Positions 1-13,496 of a stretch of DNA of 64,000 bases are shown piece after piece. The stretch is from Eledone cirrhosa (Eukaryota). Made by a program: the position numbers and the translations under genes. The notes under the pieces were generated by a model, which saw only the letters and a program-made list of their open reading frames with translations, ran no database searches and was not told the origin of the DNA. The stretch's first letter is position 1. Every line of letters begins with the position of its first letter. The stretch is taken from positions 54,064,001 through 54,128,000 of the forward strand of contig OZ024749.1 of NCBI GenBank assembly GCA_964016885.1, given 5' to 3'.

Positions 1-129
1 ATGGTAATTTGATTGACATAAACTATTACAAAGAAATTATGGAAAAATTAATTTTTGTGGCAGCTCAGGTGAAAACACAGTTTAGCTGCAAGTTTGGTAA
101 ACAATTTGAATCTTTCTGATAAATATATA

Positions 130-322
130 ATAATAATTGTTTCTACTTTTGGCACAAGTCCAGCAATTACCCAGTACATTACTGGTACTTTATTTTATCG
201 ACCCCGTAAGGATGAAAGGCAAAGTTAACCTCGGCGGGATTTGAACTCAGATCATAAAGGGACGTAACTCTATGCTTCAAAGCATTGTGTCCGACTCTCT
301 ATCGATACTGCCAATCCACCAA
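130..322 (-). mobile_element. tRNA-derived SINE, family A, near full length
   Basis: Reverse complement of the 5063-5254 copy: A-box-like TGGCAGTATCG, B-box GAGTTCAAATCC, core CTTTGCCTTTCATCCTTACGGGGTCGATAAAAT, (ATT)n tail. Confidence 0.9.
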
Positions 323-514
323 TAATAATAATGACAATCTTCATCACCACCATTTAATATCTGTTTTCCCTCCTATATATATATATGTATATATATCATC
401 ATCATCGTTTAACGTCTATCTTCCACGCTAGCATGGGTTTATATGTGTATACATATATATGTAGAAATATATATATATATATATCAATATATATATGTAT
501 GTGTACACACACAC

Positions 515-639
515 ATTCCTGATGACGGACTTCTGTCCAAAATGCCAAACCCTCCTCCAGTTCCTCCAAGCGTGAACTTAATATAACTGTGTATTTTTGC
601 ATCCCTGTGTTTGTTTTGTTTTGTTTCATTTATTAACTG

Positions 640-640
<1 letters not shown>
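515..640 (+). mobile_element. Penelope-like terminal fragment with decayed hammerhead core
   Basis: CTGATGA(519-525)-C-GGAC-ttct-GTCC-AAAATGCC; three substitutions (two CpG decay) restore GTCC-GAAAC-GTC. Ends in (TA)n. Related tail at 18425-18492. Confidence 0.55.
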
Positions 641-1215
<575 letters not shown>

Positions 1216-1625
1216 CAATAGCCGAAATGCGATTCTCGCTAATTTATATTTATATCTATATATATAGACACACACACAGACATATATATATATATGCACA
1301 CACACACACATAACCACACACATTTTACAAGAAGCATTCTACAGAGTTATCTGTTATTACCATTTCTTTCCAGCACCACACCACGCCACCCCATAACACA
1401 CCCCACACCACACCACACCACACCACACTACACCACACCACCACACCACACCATGCCACACCACACCATGCCACACCACACCACACACCACCACAACACT
1501 GATTCGTGGTTTCTCTAAAGGTTAGAAATAGAAGTAAACACAAATCTGCTTAAAACTCTATAAAAGCACTAAGAATTACCTGCAATTTTTCTATTTTCAA
1601 TTTAGTAGCTGTACCTGCCAAATAG

Positions 1626-1678
<53 letters not shown>

Positions 1679-2289
1679 CATGTATATATATATATATACA
1701 TGTATATATATATATACATGTATATATATATATACATGTGTGAGGTAACAGTACTTTGAAAGTAGAGCAAACCTTCTCTGTTCGTGATGAGAAAAATAAT
1801 TCCATTAGCAAGATTAATACTAAAAATATTGAACAATCAAATAAAATGTCTTTGATCTGTAATTAGTAAGAAATGGTAGAATATAAAGATGTTTATATAT
1901 ATATATACATATATATATATATACATACACACACACAAATATATATATATATATGTATATGTGTGTATATATATATCTCTACACACCCCCACACACATAT
2001 ATATGTATATGTGTGTGTGGGTGTTTGTCTTGTTTAATCTGGAACAATATATATGATAAATCTCATGCTCATCACCATTTAACCTTCATTTTTCCACATT
2101 ATGTATATATACATATATGTATATATACATATATGTAGTTAAAAAATAGATAAAACAAACACACACATACATATATATATATGTATAGTTGAAGACAAGA
2201 CAAACACATATATAAATGTATATATATCATAAATATACATTCTATAAATATTCTTTTTCTGTATATGTGTAGATACATATTACAGGGTT

Positions 2290-2665
2290 TTTATTTCATT
2301 GACCCCGTAAGGATGAAAGGCAAAGTTAACCTCAGCGGGATTTGAACATAGATCACAAAGTGCCATAGCTATATGCCACAAAACATGTAGTCAGATGCTC
2401 CACCAATTACTGACATTCATCTACCATAATTATAATAATACTAATTGTTTTTAGTATAGGCACAAGGCCAGCAATTTTGGGGAAGAAATAAGTCGATTAA
2501 ATCGACCCCAGTGCATGACTGGTACTTTATTTTCTCGACCCCGTAAGGATGAAAGGCAAAGTTAACCTTGGCGGGATTTCAACTCAGATCTTAAAGGGCC
2601 ATAACTCTATGCTGCAAAGCATGGCCTCCGACCCTCCACTGATACTGCCAATCTACCACCCTTAA
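2290..2665 (-). mobile_element. Two adjacent SINE-A copies (one partial, one long-tail variant)
   Basis: GACCCCGTAAGGATGAAAGGCAAAGTTAACC core present twice. Confidence 0.85.
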
Positions 2666-3122
2666 TAATAATAATGGTTTCTGATTTAAGTACAAATAGT
2701 TTAAATAACAAAAGATAAAAAAAAAACCCCTAAGAACTGCTTCAGTGATTTATAGTCAATGATTAGAAGAAATTAAATACATACCAAAAATATATAATTT
2801 CTTAACCTTGAATCTATGTCAATGTAGACTACTTTGGTATCAAGTCTTTGGAAAATGTTGCTACACAACTTTTCTTTTTCCATCTACCTCAGTAATTTCA
2901 ATTACATTTTAGCATCTGCTCTTTATTTAACTGGAATTAATTTTAATTTCATGCACAATTACTTTTCTCTCTTTTGTCGGCAAAATATAAGATGTATAAA
3001 TGTCTAAGGAAATTCTATTCCTTTCTTTTTTTTTTTTTTAGACTTAGATTTTCAAGAATTTCAAGAATTAATACAGATAATATAATGTACCTCTCCCTTC
3101 TGCTTTCTCTCAACTTTACAAT

Positions 3123-3346
3123 TTAACTTTTAATCTCATGTACTGCATGAAACTACATTAACAAGACATTCTTAAAAAAGTAGAAACCAACTCTATGACT
3201 GCATCACATTAAAAATGTATAAAGTCTTTACTTTAATCTTTAATATTGCAAATTTTCACAAAAATCCTTCCACCAGTAAAGATTCTATGAAACATGTTTT
3301 ATTTCATAGATTTTCTGCTGAATCATTACAGGATATTAAGAGTTAA
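3123..3346. mobile_element. TTAA-flanked MITE (piggyBac-like, family 2)
   Basis: TTAA|CTTTTAATCTCATGT ... ACAGGATATTAAGAG|TTAA imperfect TIRs; homologous to 38446-38975. Confidence 0.6.
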
Positions 3347-3444
3347 TATAACCCTCTCAATATGTTTTATTATGTGTTCTTAAAACGATAACTGAGTAAC
3401 AGAATGATATGAGCTCCAGACTAAAATTTTACATTTTGAGAGTA

Positions 3445-3840
3445 TTGGTAGAGCGTTGTACATTTAGTTATGTCCCTTTACATTCTGAGTTCAAATCCTG
3501 CCAAGGTGAGCTTCACTTTTTTTTATTCTTCCATGGTCAATAAATTCTGTACAAATCTAGAACAGCAGTAGACTGGCAGAGTTATTAAAACATTAGTTTT
3601 AATAACTTACAGGATTTGTTTTGGTTCTTTGCATTCTGAGTTCAAATTCTGCCAAGGTCACCACCATCTTTTATTCTTCTGGGATCACTAAATAAAGAAC
3701 TAATCTAAGACAGTGGAATGGCGGCAGAGTTATTAGAACAACAGACTGGGCAGGATTTGAAATGAGACCACAGAGAATCAGAACAAATACCACAAAGTAT
3801 TCTATCTGACATTCTAACAACTCTGACAATTCACTGCTTA
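3445..3840. mobile_element. Degenerate SINE-A-related fragments (two plus, one minus)
   Basis: CATTCTGAGTTCAAAT(C/T)CTGCCAAGGT at about 3481 and 3633; reverse GGCAGGATTTGAA at about 3749. Confidence 0.65.
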
Positions 3841-5062
3841 TAAAAAAAATTACGTGTCTCCTAAAACAATTGTTTACTGATTAATTTAGAGAGACCTGAT
3901 ATCTAATTTGACTTTATACTGAGCCAGAAAGTGAGATATTAAAATCAATAAAATATATGAAACAAACTCTACAAGAACAACATGTCCACAAAATAAGAAT
4001 TTCTGAAAAGCACTAAAGAAAAGCTAAGAATAAAGACATGGATAGATTTTATAGAATATTGAAAGGGCGTGAAATTAAGGAGATAGAATTACCAAAGACA
4101 TGTAGAAAATAGCTGAATATTTCAATGAAGTTGGTAAAGATTTGTAGTTAAAACAGTGAGAGATGTAGCACTTGAATAAAAAAGATTAGTTAGGAAAGTA
4201 TGAAAGAAAGAAGGTAGCATAAAATTTATATTTAAATACAATGCAGATTTGCCAATTATTATATTTATAAGATAGACAAGAAGTAGAGTGTCAATAATTA
4301 AGTGGCATTCTTTTCATCTTTGTCTTTGAAGCTATTGTAAGGAATTTTCAAACCTACTAGTCACTGGTGTTTGTTTATGAAAAGCCAACATTAGTTGTGA
4401 TTTCAGAATTAGACTAAGAAATCAGTTGGAAGAAATTCGTAATACGGCTAAAGACAGTTGGATTGAAGACAACTGGAAGTGAACATAACGGAATCCAAGA
4501 CATTATTATTACAACATCAGTAGAAATATCTAAAGATCGATTTGTATGAAGAGAATAATGATGATCAGGATTCAGGGAAGAAAGAAATGAAGAACTTACT
4601 ATTCAGTTCAGTTCAGTTGAATATGATTTAGTTTAGATTATAGATATGGCAGAAAATGGTTCTTATGATGGATGTACGATAAATAAATGCATAAGAGAGG
4701 CTGTAGAATTTCAAATAGACTGGCAAAGCATCAAGGCTTTAAGTTTACTAGATGCATAGATACAATCAATACTATAAAGCAGCTAAGAACTGAAGATCAA
4801 AGACCAGAATATTTTATTAGATACGAGTGGGGGTGGGAATAATGAGGAGGAGAGATATAGGAAGAGGAGAGGGAAAAGGAGGAGGAAAAGTGGGGAGGTA
4901 CCAGAAAAATGTATTTAAGCTTTCTATGTCCTCAATGACTTTGAAAGAAGGATAATTAGGTGATGTTAGTAAAGGTTGTATTGAACATAAAATATGGGAG
5001 GTCATTGTTTACCTCTGGGTCAGTTCTAATCAACCAGAATCATTATTAAGGCTATAAGGCTA

Positions 5063-5254
5063 GGGCGGTGGATTGGCAGTATCGGTAGAGGGTCGGATGC
5101 CATGCTTTGACGCATAGAGTTACGGCCCTTTCCATTCTGAGTTCAAATCCCGCCGAGGTTAACTTTGCCTTTCATCCTTATGGGGTCGATAAAATAAAGT
5201 ACCAGTAATGTACTGGGTAATTGCTGGCCTTGTGCCAAAAGTAGAAACAATTAT
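5063..5254 (+). mobile_element. SINE-A, full length, with target-site duplication
   Basis: GGCGGTGGATTGGCAGTATCGG head, GAGTTCAAATCC B box, Meta/MESC-like core; ATTATTAAGGCTATA at both 5042-5056 and 5250-5264. Confidence 0.92.
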
Positions 5255-5374
5255 TAAGGCTATATCAACCATAATGATACTGACTATATATCCAGGTTTA
5301 TATTGGTCAATGCCTCAACTATCTTTTCCCAACACACTTTCGCTCAAAAGTAATGTAGAAAATCACAGCAATAA

Positions 5375-5512
5375 ATAACAGTTAACAACACAATAACAGT
5401 TATAATGAACGTCACAGCAATACAATAACAGTTATAATGAGTGTCATAACACAATAACAGTTATAATGAATGTCACAACAACACAATAACAGTTATAACC
5501 AGTGTCACAACA
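5375..5512. repeat. About 29-bp minisatellite (ACAATAACAGTTATAATGA...), 4-5 copies
   Basis: Directly visible. Confidence 0.85.
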
Positions 5513-5528
5513 CCACACACACACACAC

Positions 5529-5587
<59 letters not shown>

Positions 5588-5925
5588 ATGAATTCCTTCC
5601 TCCCTATAATGGCAATAGTAACATTTTGTTATTTCATGTCTAAATAATTATGTTGGAACATTTAACAGAAAAGTCATTTCTTTTGTGTTAATACCATGGC
5701 ATAAGGAAACAAAGAAACAAAAACCAAACCCCTCCCCTCCCCTCCCTAAACCTCCAAATAACAACAGGGTTAACTTGTATGTTTGTTATATACAATTTAT
5801 ATACATGTCTAGTTAGTTGGTGAAATGTTTTATCAAATGAAATGAAAACATAAATATCACCTGTTTACAATTGTTGTCTGCAATTTTTGTTGTCTGGAGT
5901 TCAGAACATCTGCTTTAATATTGTA

Positions 5926-6222
5926 CCAACAACAGCAGCAATAACAACAACACCAACAGCAACAGTAACAACAACAACAGCAGCAACAACAACAGTAACA
6001 ACAACAACAGCAACAACAACAGCAGCAATAACAACAACAGCAACAACAACAGCAACAACAACAGCAACAGCAACAATAACAACAGTAACAACAGTAACAA
6101 CAGCAACAACAGCAACAGTAACAACAACAACAACAACAACAGTAACAACAATAACAACAGCAACAATAACAACAATAACAACAGTAACAATAACAACAGT
6201 AACAACAGCAACAACAACAGTA
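5926..6222. repeat. Imperfect (AAC/AGC/AGT/AAT)n trinucleotide repeat
   Basis: Source of poly-T/V/L ORFs. Confidence 0.95.
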
Positions 6223-6289
6223 ATGGTTTCTTTCTTAACCACAAAGGACAGTCCAAATATGGGTTTCTGCTTGTAAAACAATAATAATA

Positions 6290-6487
6290 ATAATAATTGT
6301 TTCTACTTTTGTGGCACAAGGCCAGCAATTTCCCCAGTGCATTACTGGTACTTTATTTTATCGACCCCGTAAGGTTGAAAGGCAAAGTTAACCTCGGCGG
6401 AATTTGAACTCAGACTGTAAAGGGACGTAACTATGCTGGAAAGCATGGTGTCCGACCCTCTACTGATACTGCCAATCCACCGCCCCT
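6290..6487 (-). mobile_element. SINE-A, full length
   Basis: Full reverse-complement match to 5063-5254. Confidence 0.9.
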
Positions 6488-6634
6488 TAATAATAATATG
6501 CCCTAGGTGTCACGAAGAGATTCGGAAAAAACAACAACAAAACAAATGTAAACAAAACTGAAGGAAGAGGGGAAAACAAACGATAATAATGATAATAAAA
6601 ATAATAATATTAATATTAATGTATTAGTTGGTAT

Positions 6635-6730
6635 ACTTACAATTTATTTCACAATGTTCTTGAAAATGTAACATGAAAATATAAATACTACTCACCTGAA
6701 AGTAGAAGAGGAAAAAGATAACAAAAATTA
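6635..6730 (-). promoter_or_regulatory. Candidate recursive splice site (AG|GT) with downstream 55-nt cryptic exon
   Basis: Minus strand: TTTTTGTTATCTTTTTCCTCTTCTACTTTCAG|GTGAGT (junction 6696/6695) and a second donor GTAAGT at 6640-6635. Confidence 0.55.
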
Positions 6731-7230
6731 TTTATATAAAAAAAACAACAAAAATAAAGTTTATTTTGCAAAAAATTATTTCATTGAATATTGTAGTTTT
6801 TGTAAAAATGCAGAGAGTAAAATGAAAATAAATGTTGACAACCTTTTGGAAAGTTTAAAAATCAGAGAACGAATGGAAAGCAAGTTTGGTATAGAATTGA
6901 AAATTTGATAACCAGAAAACCTGAACTCTCTATCATTGTTCAAATAATCGATCAAGTTATATTGTATAGGTACAGCACAGTTTTTAGAATATTTGGGTCA
7001 AATTTACTGTGGAAACCAGAAAAACACATTTATACTAAAGCACATTTAAGTGTAACCAAATACTAACAATGTATGCTTACATACAACCTTGCAACTTCAA
7101 ACACAGTTTCCAAAACTGACTAAAAATTTGAACATTATATATATTATGTACAGGAGAGAGAGAGAAAGAAATATAAATGTATATATGTAAAGGGTTTATG
7201 TGTGTGTGCGCGTGTGTGTGTGTATATATA

Positions 7231-7425
7231 TATAACAAAGGAAGTGTGGTAAGGAACCAGGTGGACAATAACACACCAGAGTACTCGATACATAGGGTAG
7301 TAGAGTGGGTAATATGAAAAGAGTCAGGACCCCGACAGCTGAGCTCTGGCCATTTTGACATCTAGTTTGGATCTAGCTGTTGAAATGGCCGGAGCTCAGT
7401 TGTCGGGGTGCTGACTCTTTTCCTA
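7231..7425. mobile_element. Penelope-like fragment (family P1) with fold-back palindrome at 7317-7421
   Basis: Same sequence at 40866-41050, 54385-54478 and 59637-59780; flanked by (TA)n. Confidence 0.65.
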
Positions 7426-7622
7426 TATATATATATATCGAAGAAAAGACATATGTCATAAGAGTAGAAGAGAAAGCACTATGATATAATATATTAGATG
7501 GCAATAGCCAAAGTGAAGTGTCTTCAATACTTAGAGATGCATTTTTGAATATTATAGTAAGGTTAATATTTAATGAGAGTTAAGCGCAGAAGGTAAGCAG
7601 AGCAGGTATAAGCTAAATTAAA

Positions 7623-7796
7623 GGGAGGAGAAGGTAATACATTTAAAAACAAAATTTACTCCTTACACAGTGTTTCATCTAAGGCATAATTACACACCTA
7701 TATATATATATAGACCTGTTATATTGGAATTATGTCTTAGATGAGACACTGTGGAAGGAGTGAATTTTGTTTTTAAAAGTATCACCTTCGCCTCCC
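7623..7796. repeat. Inverted repeat, about 68-bp arms
   Basis: GGGAGGAGAAGGTAATAC...AGGCATAATT versus AATTATGTCTT...GTATCACCTTCGCCTCCC. Confidence 0.85.
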
Positions 7797-7883
7797 GTTA
7801 TTTTTGCTTATATATATACATATACATATATATGATTTAAACACACTTGCACTCAAACATATGTATGTGTGAATTTATATATA

Positions 7884-7978
7884 CAGGTCGTCTGCAAAAT
7901 ATGTCTACACACTTTGATTACCTGTACAGGTAATAGTTATTAGAATGCTGTTGAAGTATGTATACATTTTTTGGGACA

Positions 7979-7981
<3 letters not shown>
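7884..7981. mobile_element. Short Tc1-like MITE
   Basis: TA|CAGGTCGTCTGCAAAATATGTCTACACACTT ... AAGTATGTATACATTTTTTTGGGACACTG|TA; the same end recurs at about 35082-35113. Confidence 0.6.
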
Positions 7982-8048
<67 letters not shown>

Positions 8049-8102
8049 TATAACCCTTTTGTATACATCTCTATATATCATATATATACGTATATTATAA
8101 CC

Positions 8103-8320
8103 GTTTTCATGAAAGATGGAGGGCAGGAGTTTAAATTAGATGCAAGAATTGCTGAAGCTGGTGTAACAATGCCCCAGCTGCAGTACTCTATCATCATCAG
8201 AAGGATGGTAGGTGTAACAATCTTCAATTTGGCGTGCATAGCTACGCTAACCTAGGGTCAGGAATCTTAGGTAACGACAGAAGTAATACAAGTTAAATAG
8301 AATTCCTGTAAAACGTCTTT
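8103..8320 (+). mobile_element. Degraded RTE-clade LINE fragment (region after the RT core)
   Basis: FMKDGGQEFKLDARIAEAG...IATLT*GQES*VTTE resembles the RTE motif EIDRRIGAA...PTLTYGHELWVMTE. Confidence 0.65.
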
Positions 8321-8433
8321 GGAGACAATTTTGGAATTTGAAAATAGTAGGATCATGTTCTCCTTTCAACACTGGAAATATTGAAAGAACCACATGGTAT
8401 AACAACAGCATACATACAAACATACATTTACAC

Positions 8434-8716
8434 ATGGTGGCTGCCAACTCGTTTTCGAGTACGGCCACTACTTTATATCCATGTAGGAGAACCCCTACCG
8501 ATGCGCTGAACGAGTGTGACTTTTTAGTCCAGCCAGAGACTTGAAAACTCTGGTACAAACACTACACTTGTGATAATTATTGACACATAGTGCTGGGCCC
8601 ATTGTACCATGTGATGACAAGTGCAGAGAGATCTCCAGATATAAAGCAATGCCTGTGCCGTGAAGCTTTTATAGTGAGCAAAGGCACTGCACAAAGCCAG
8701 TCCCACTCTCTTAACT
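8434..8716 (-). mobile_element. Interspersed repeat; inverted partial copy of the 48271-48878 element
   Basis: About 280 bp closely matching the reverse complement of 48596-48878. Confidence 0.85.
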
Positions 8717-8724
8717 AAGACATT

Positions 8725-9168
8725 TACACATACATACATACATACAAACATACATGTACACATACAAACATATATATACATATACACATATATATATGGA
8801 CATACATACAAGCATACATATATATATACACACACATACATACACACATACACACATCTACTCATATATAGGCACATACATACACATATCTACACATACA
8901 TATATACTAACGTAGTCACATACATACATACACACATACATATATACATACATACATCTACACATACATAGATACATACATCTACACAGACATACATACA
9001 CACATCTACACATGCATATATATAGATACATACATACATACACACATCTACACATGAATACATATTTAGATACATACATCTACATGTACACACATCTACA
9101 CATACATATATACATCTACATGTACACACATCTACACATACACACATCTATACATATATCTAGACATA
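8725..9168. repeat. (CATA/CA)n-derived low-complexity tract
   Basis: Directly visible. Confidence 0.9.
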
Positions 9169-9375
9169 GGTGTTCTGTTTAAGAGAAATTTGTAATGAAA
9201 TATCTAGTAGGAATTAATCAGCAAGTGACAATTTCGCTTGAGGAAGCTTTAGTAATCCAACTTGTTCCAATATTGGTTACAAATTTCTGAATCTAACATT
9301 TCTAATTGACATTTTCTTTGGCTGCTTTTCCTATCTTGTTCTCAAAAAGAATTAAATTTCTACCAATCCTTCAAA

Positions 9376-9413
<38 letters not shown>

Positions 9414-9450
9414 TGATATTAAATAAATGGAAACTATATTTATAAAACCA

Positions 9451-9511
9451 TATTCTATTATATATATTTCAATGGTACCAAAATTTTGGTACGCTATCAT
9501 CAGATAAAATA
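9451..9511 (-). ncRNA. Type I hammerhead ribozyme motif, stem II base degraded
   Basis: TATTTTAT-CTGATGA-tagc-GTACCAA-aatt-TTGGTAC-catt-GAAA-tatata-TA-ATAGAATA; stem I 8 bp with one G-U. Confidence 0.65.
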
Positions 9512-9604
9512 CAAAATGTTTTATAAATATTTAACATAACCAAGGTTCAAGTTATCCCTGGATATATATATGGGATATATATATACATATATATATATGC
9601 GATA

Positions 9605-9800
9605 TCATCATCATCATCATCATCATCATTTTACGTCCGCTTTTTCCCTGCTTGCAAGGGTGGGACGGTAACTGATTCTGGCTTGATTTCTACAGCTGGA
9701 TGCCCTTCCTAACACCAACCTCATTTACAGTGAGTGCTGGGTGCTTTTTTGCCGTGGCACCTCCACGACCACTTTGCAGTGGAATGATAGGGACCTCAGT
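9605..9800 (-). mobile_element. 3' half of CORE-SINE B (RTE-type tail), inverted relative to the adjacent copy
   Basis: Reverse complement of 9925-10115; (CAT)n tail. Confidence 0.88.
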
Positions 9801-9805
9801 CCTTG

Positions 9806-10115
9806 TACATGGCCTTACAATCGAAAGGTTGTGAGTTCAATTCTCAGACAGAGTGATGTGTTGTTTCCTTGAGCAAGACACTTTATTTCACATTGCTCCA
9901 GTTTACTCAGCTGTAGAAATGAGATGATAGGGACTGGGGTCCATATCATTCCACTGCAAAGTGGTCGTGGAGGTGTCATGGCAAAAAAGCACCCAGCACT
10001 CACTGTAAATGAGGTTGGTGTGAGGAAGGGCATCCAGCTGTAGAAATCAAGCCAGAATCAGTTCCCGTCCCACCCTTGCAAGCAGGGAAAAAGCGGACGT
10101 AAAAGGAAATGATGA
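9806..10115 (+). mobile_element. CORE-type SINE B with RTE-derived tail, head partly deleted
   Basis: GAGTTCAATTC B box, CCTTGAGCAAGACACTTTA CORE-like domain, GGAAGGGCATCCAGC tail; matches 56881-57215. Confidence 0.88.
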
Positions 10116-10489
10116 TATATATATGTGTGTGTGTGTGTATGTGTGTGTGTGTAATATCATATATACTGGAATACACTCCGATATAAATATAAGCCAACTG
10201 CACTATTTTATGTCTGAGAAATGGGCAAAAATCCAAACTTTATTTATGTAGAATTTGAAATTGGTAAAAATGCTTAAAATATTGACCCAAAATATAAGTC
10301 ACCACACCACTTCTACTTTCGATATTTTGGTCACATTCCTCAGCTTGTATTTGACTATATATGGTATGTCTTTGATATTTTGTGAAGAGACCAAAATATG
10401 GTGGCAATATTCAACAAATATTCTGGTTATGTCTGTCATGTGTATTTATATATGGATATGCATGTAGATGTGTACATGTTCATCTACAT

Positions 10490-10598
10490 ATGTGTGTGGA
10501 GGAAGTGTGTACATGTGTGTGCATGTGGGGAGTGTGTACATGTATGGGTGTGTGTGTGTGAGGGAGTGTATACATGTGTGTGTGTGCGTGGAAGTGTG

Positions 10599-10633
<35 letters not shown>

Positions 10634-10966
10634 AAGTGTGTACGTGTGTGTGTGTGTGTGGAAGTGTGTACATGTGTGTGTGTGTGTGGAAGTGCGTACA
10701 TGTGTGTGAGTGGCTGTGTGTGAGGGAGTGTGTACATGGGTGTACATGTGTGTGTGTGTGTGAGTGGCTGTGTGTGAGGGAGTGTGTACATGGGCGTACA
10801 TGTGTGTGTGTGTGTGTGAGTGGCTGTGTGTGAGGGAGTGTGTACATGGGTGTACATGTGTGTGTGTGTGTGAGTGGCTGTGTGTGAGGGAGTGTGTACA
10901 TGGGTGTACATGTGTGTGTGTGTGTGTGAGTGGCTGTGTGTGAGGGAGTGTGTACATGGGTGTGTG
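10490..10966. repeat. (GT)n-derived minisatellite, about 54-56-bp units
   Basis: Repeated GAGTGGCTGTGTGTGAGGGAGTGTGTACATGG. Confidence 0.9.
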
Positions 10967-11429
10967 AGAGCTAGGGATGCTGTGACATCATTATCTTTGT
11001 TTAGCATCTGTTTTCTCTTCAAGCAGAATATATATACAGTATGTATTTATATATACATATATATACATGCATATATACATGTATATATACATGTAGATAT
11101 TTATACATATATATTTATATCATAAATCATGTCTATAGATTTATGATATAATGCTCTGATTTTTTGATTTTAATTTATTAATTCTTCCTTGAGCTTAAAA
11201 GTGAACAGTTGCAACATATATATATCTTTGATTTAATTTTATGTATGTGATAACCTTTATATATATTTATATATGCATGTATATATATGTATGTATAAAT
11301 ATCTACATGTATATATACATGTATGTATGCATGTATATATATGTATCTATATATTAGTCTTGCTTAATGAGTTAGATTTTATGGACTCCCCTCGTTTAAA
11401 AAATAAATTGCTGGCCTTGTGCTTAAATC

Positions 11430-11845
11430 AGGAACCGTCCTTTCTACTTTAGGCAGAAGACCTGCAATCTGTGAGGATGAGGGAGGGTTCATTATATCAA
11501 CCTCAGTACATTACCGGTACTTTATTTTATTGTTCCTTGGAAGGATGAAAGGCAAAGCTAACCACAGCGGGATTTGAACCCAGAACGTAAAGGGCCGTAA
11601 CTCTGTTCCACAAATCATGTTACCCGCTGCTCTACCGATTACTGCCAATCCACAGTAATAATTGTTTCTACTTTTGGCACAAGGCCAGCAATTACCCCAG
11701 TGCATTACTGGTACTTTATTTTATTGACCCCGTAAGGATGAAAGGCAAAGTTAACCTCGGCGGGATTTGAACTCAGAACGCAAAGGGACGTAACTTTATG
11801 CTGCAAAGCATGGCGTCCGATCCTCTACCCAATACTGCCAACCCA
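11430..11845 (-). mobile_element. Two tandem SINE-A copies
   Basis: Core and B box present twice. Confidence 0.85.
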
Positions 11846-11949
11846 ATGGTGATGATGATTATGATGATAATAAACCTCTTTCACAGAAATCTTTGTTCTC
11901 TTCTAGCAAAAGACAAAAAAAAAAAAATTTGTTCAAATCAAATAAGAAG

Positions 11950-12002
11950 ACAACACCAACACCAACTACTACTACTACTACTACTACTACCACTACTACT
12001 AG

Positions 12003-12044
<42 letters not shown>

Positions 12045-12062
12045 CACTACTACTACTACTAC
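11950..12062. repeat. (ACT)n repeat
   Basis: Directly visible. Confidence 0.95.
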
Positions 12063-12199
12063 GTCTGCTCCATCCTCTGACCATTTTATTATTTTTATTG
12101 TTGTTTTGACATTTGAAGTTTTAAGTTTATTAAACTGTGGCTCTTCTCAGAGATATGAAAACTAACAGAAATATTCACTGGTCTGGAGTGGAAAGATAA

Positions 12200-12527
12200 C
12201 ACATACACATACATATACACATACATATATACATACATATATATACACATGCATATATACATATATATATATACACATACATATAAACATATATATATAT
12301 TTATACATATACATATACATATATATATATATATATACATACATATATATATATATATATACATATATATACATACATATATATATACATACATATATAT
12401 ATACATACATATATATATACATACATATATATATACATACATATATATATACATACATATATATATACATACATATATATATATATATATATACATACAT
12501 ATATATATATATATATACATACATATA

Positions 12528-12567
<40 letters not shown>

Positions 12568-12624
12568 CATATATATATATACATACATATATATATACAT
12601 ATATATACATACATATATATATAC

Positions 12625-12678
<54 letters not shown>

Positions 12679-13040
12679 ACATACATATATATATATACAT
12701 ATATATATATATACATACATATATATATATATATATACATACATATATATATATATACATACATATATATATATATACATACATATATTATATATATATA
12801 TATATATACACATGTACATACACACATATACATACAATAACATATACATATATATACATATACATATACATAGAAAGATAGAAAGTGAGAGAGCAGGAGA
12901 GAGAGAGGGGGAAGAGGGAGGGAGAGAGCGCAGGAGAGAGAGAGACACACACAGAGAGACAGAGAGAGACAGAGGAAGAGAGAGAAAGAGAGAGAGAGAG
13001 TGACAGAGGGAGAGAAAGAGAGAGAAAGAGAGAGAAAAGC
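12200..13040. repeat. (TA/TACA)n array followed by a (GA)n tract
   Basis: Directly visible. Confidence 0.95.
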
Positions 13041-13496
13041 TGTGTTGTTTCTTTGAAGGTAAATTTGTGGTAAATTATTGCAACAGAGATAGAAAAGTAA
13101 AACAGAAAGTGAGAAATTATTGATATGGTTGAGTGGTTCTTAAAGAAGGAAAGAAGAGAATAAAAAGAAGGAAAATATAGAAAAAAGAAAGAAAAAGGAA
13201 AGAAAAATATAGAAACAAGAAAAAAGAAAAAAAGAAAAACAAAGAAAGAAAAAGATTGAGGAACAAAAAAAAAAAGAAAAAGGAAGGAAAGAAAGAAAGG
13301 AGAAAGGAAGAACACAAAAAATGTAAAAGACAGGAAGGAAAGAAAGTTACTTATTAAAATGTCAGAAGACAGCAGTTAAAAGATAGGAAACAAACCAACA
13401 GTAAAACTAATAAGACAATAAAGAAGGTTCTATATAGTCAGTTGACCTGCTAAATATAGCAGCTAAATCTTCAAATGAACTCCTTTATCTTAACTC

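Noticed and set aside
5063-5160. tRNA gene
   Set aside because: A and B boxes belong to SINE heads; no cloverleaf, and the sequence continues into the SINE core.
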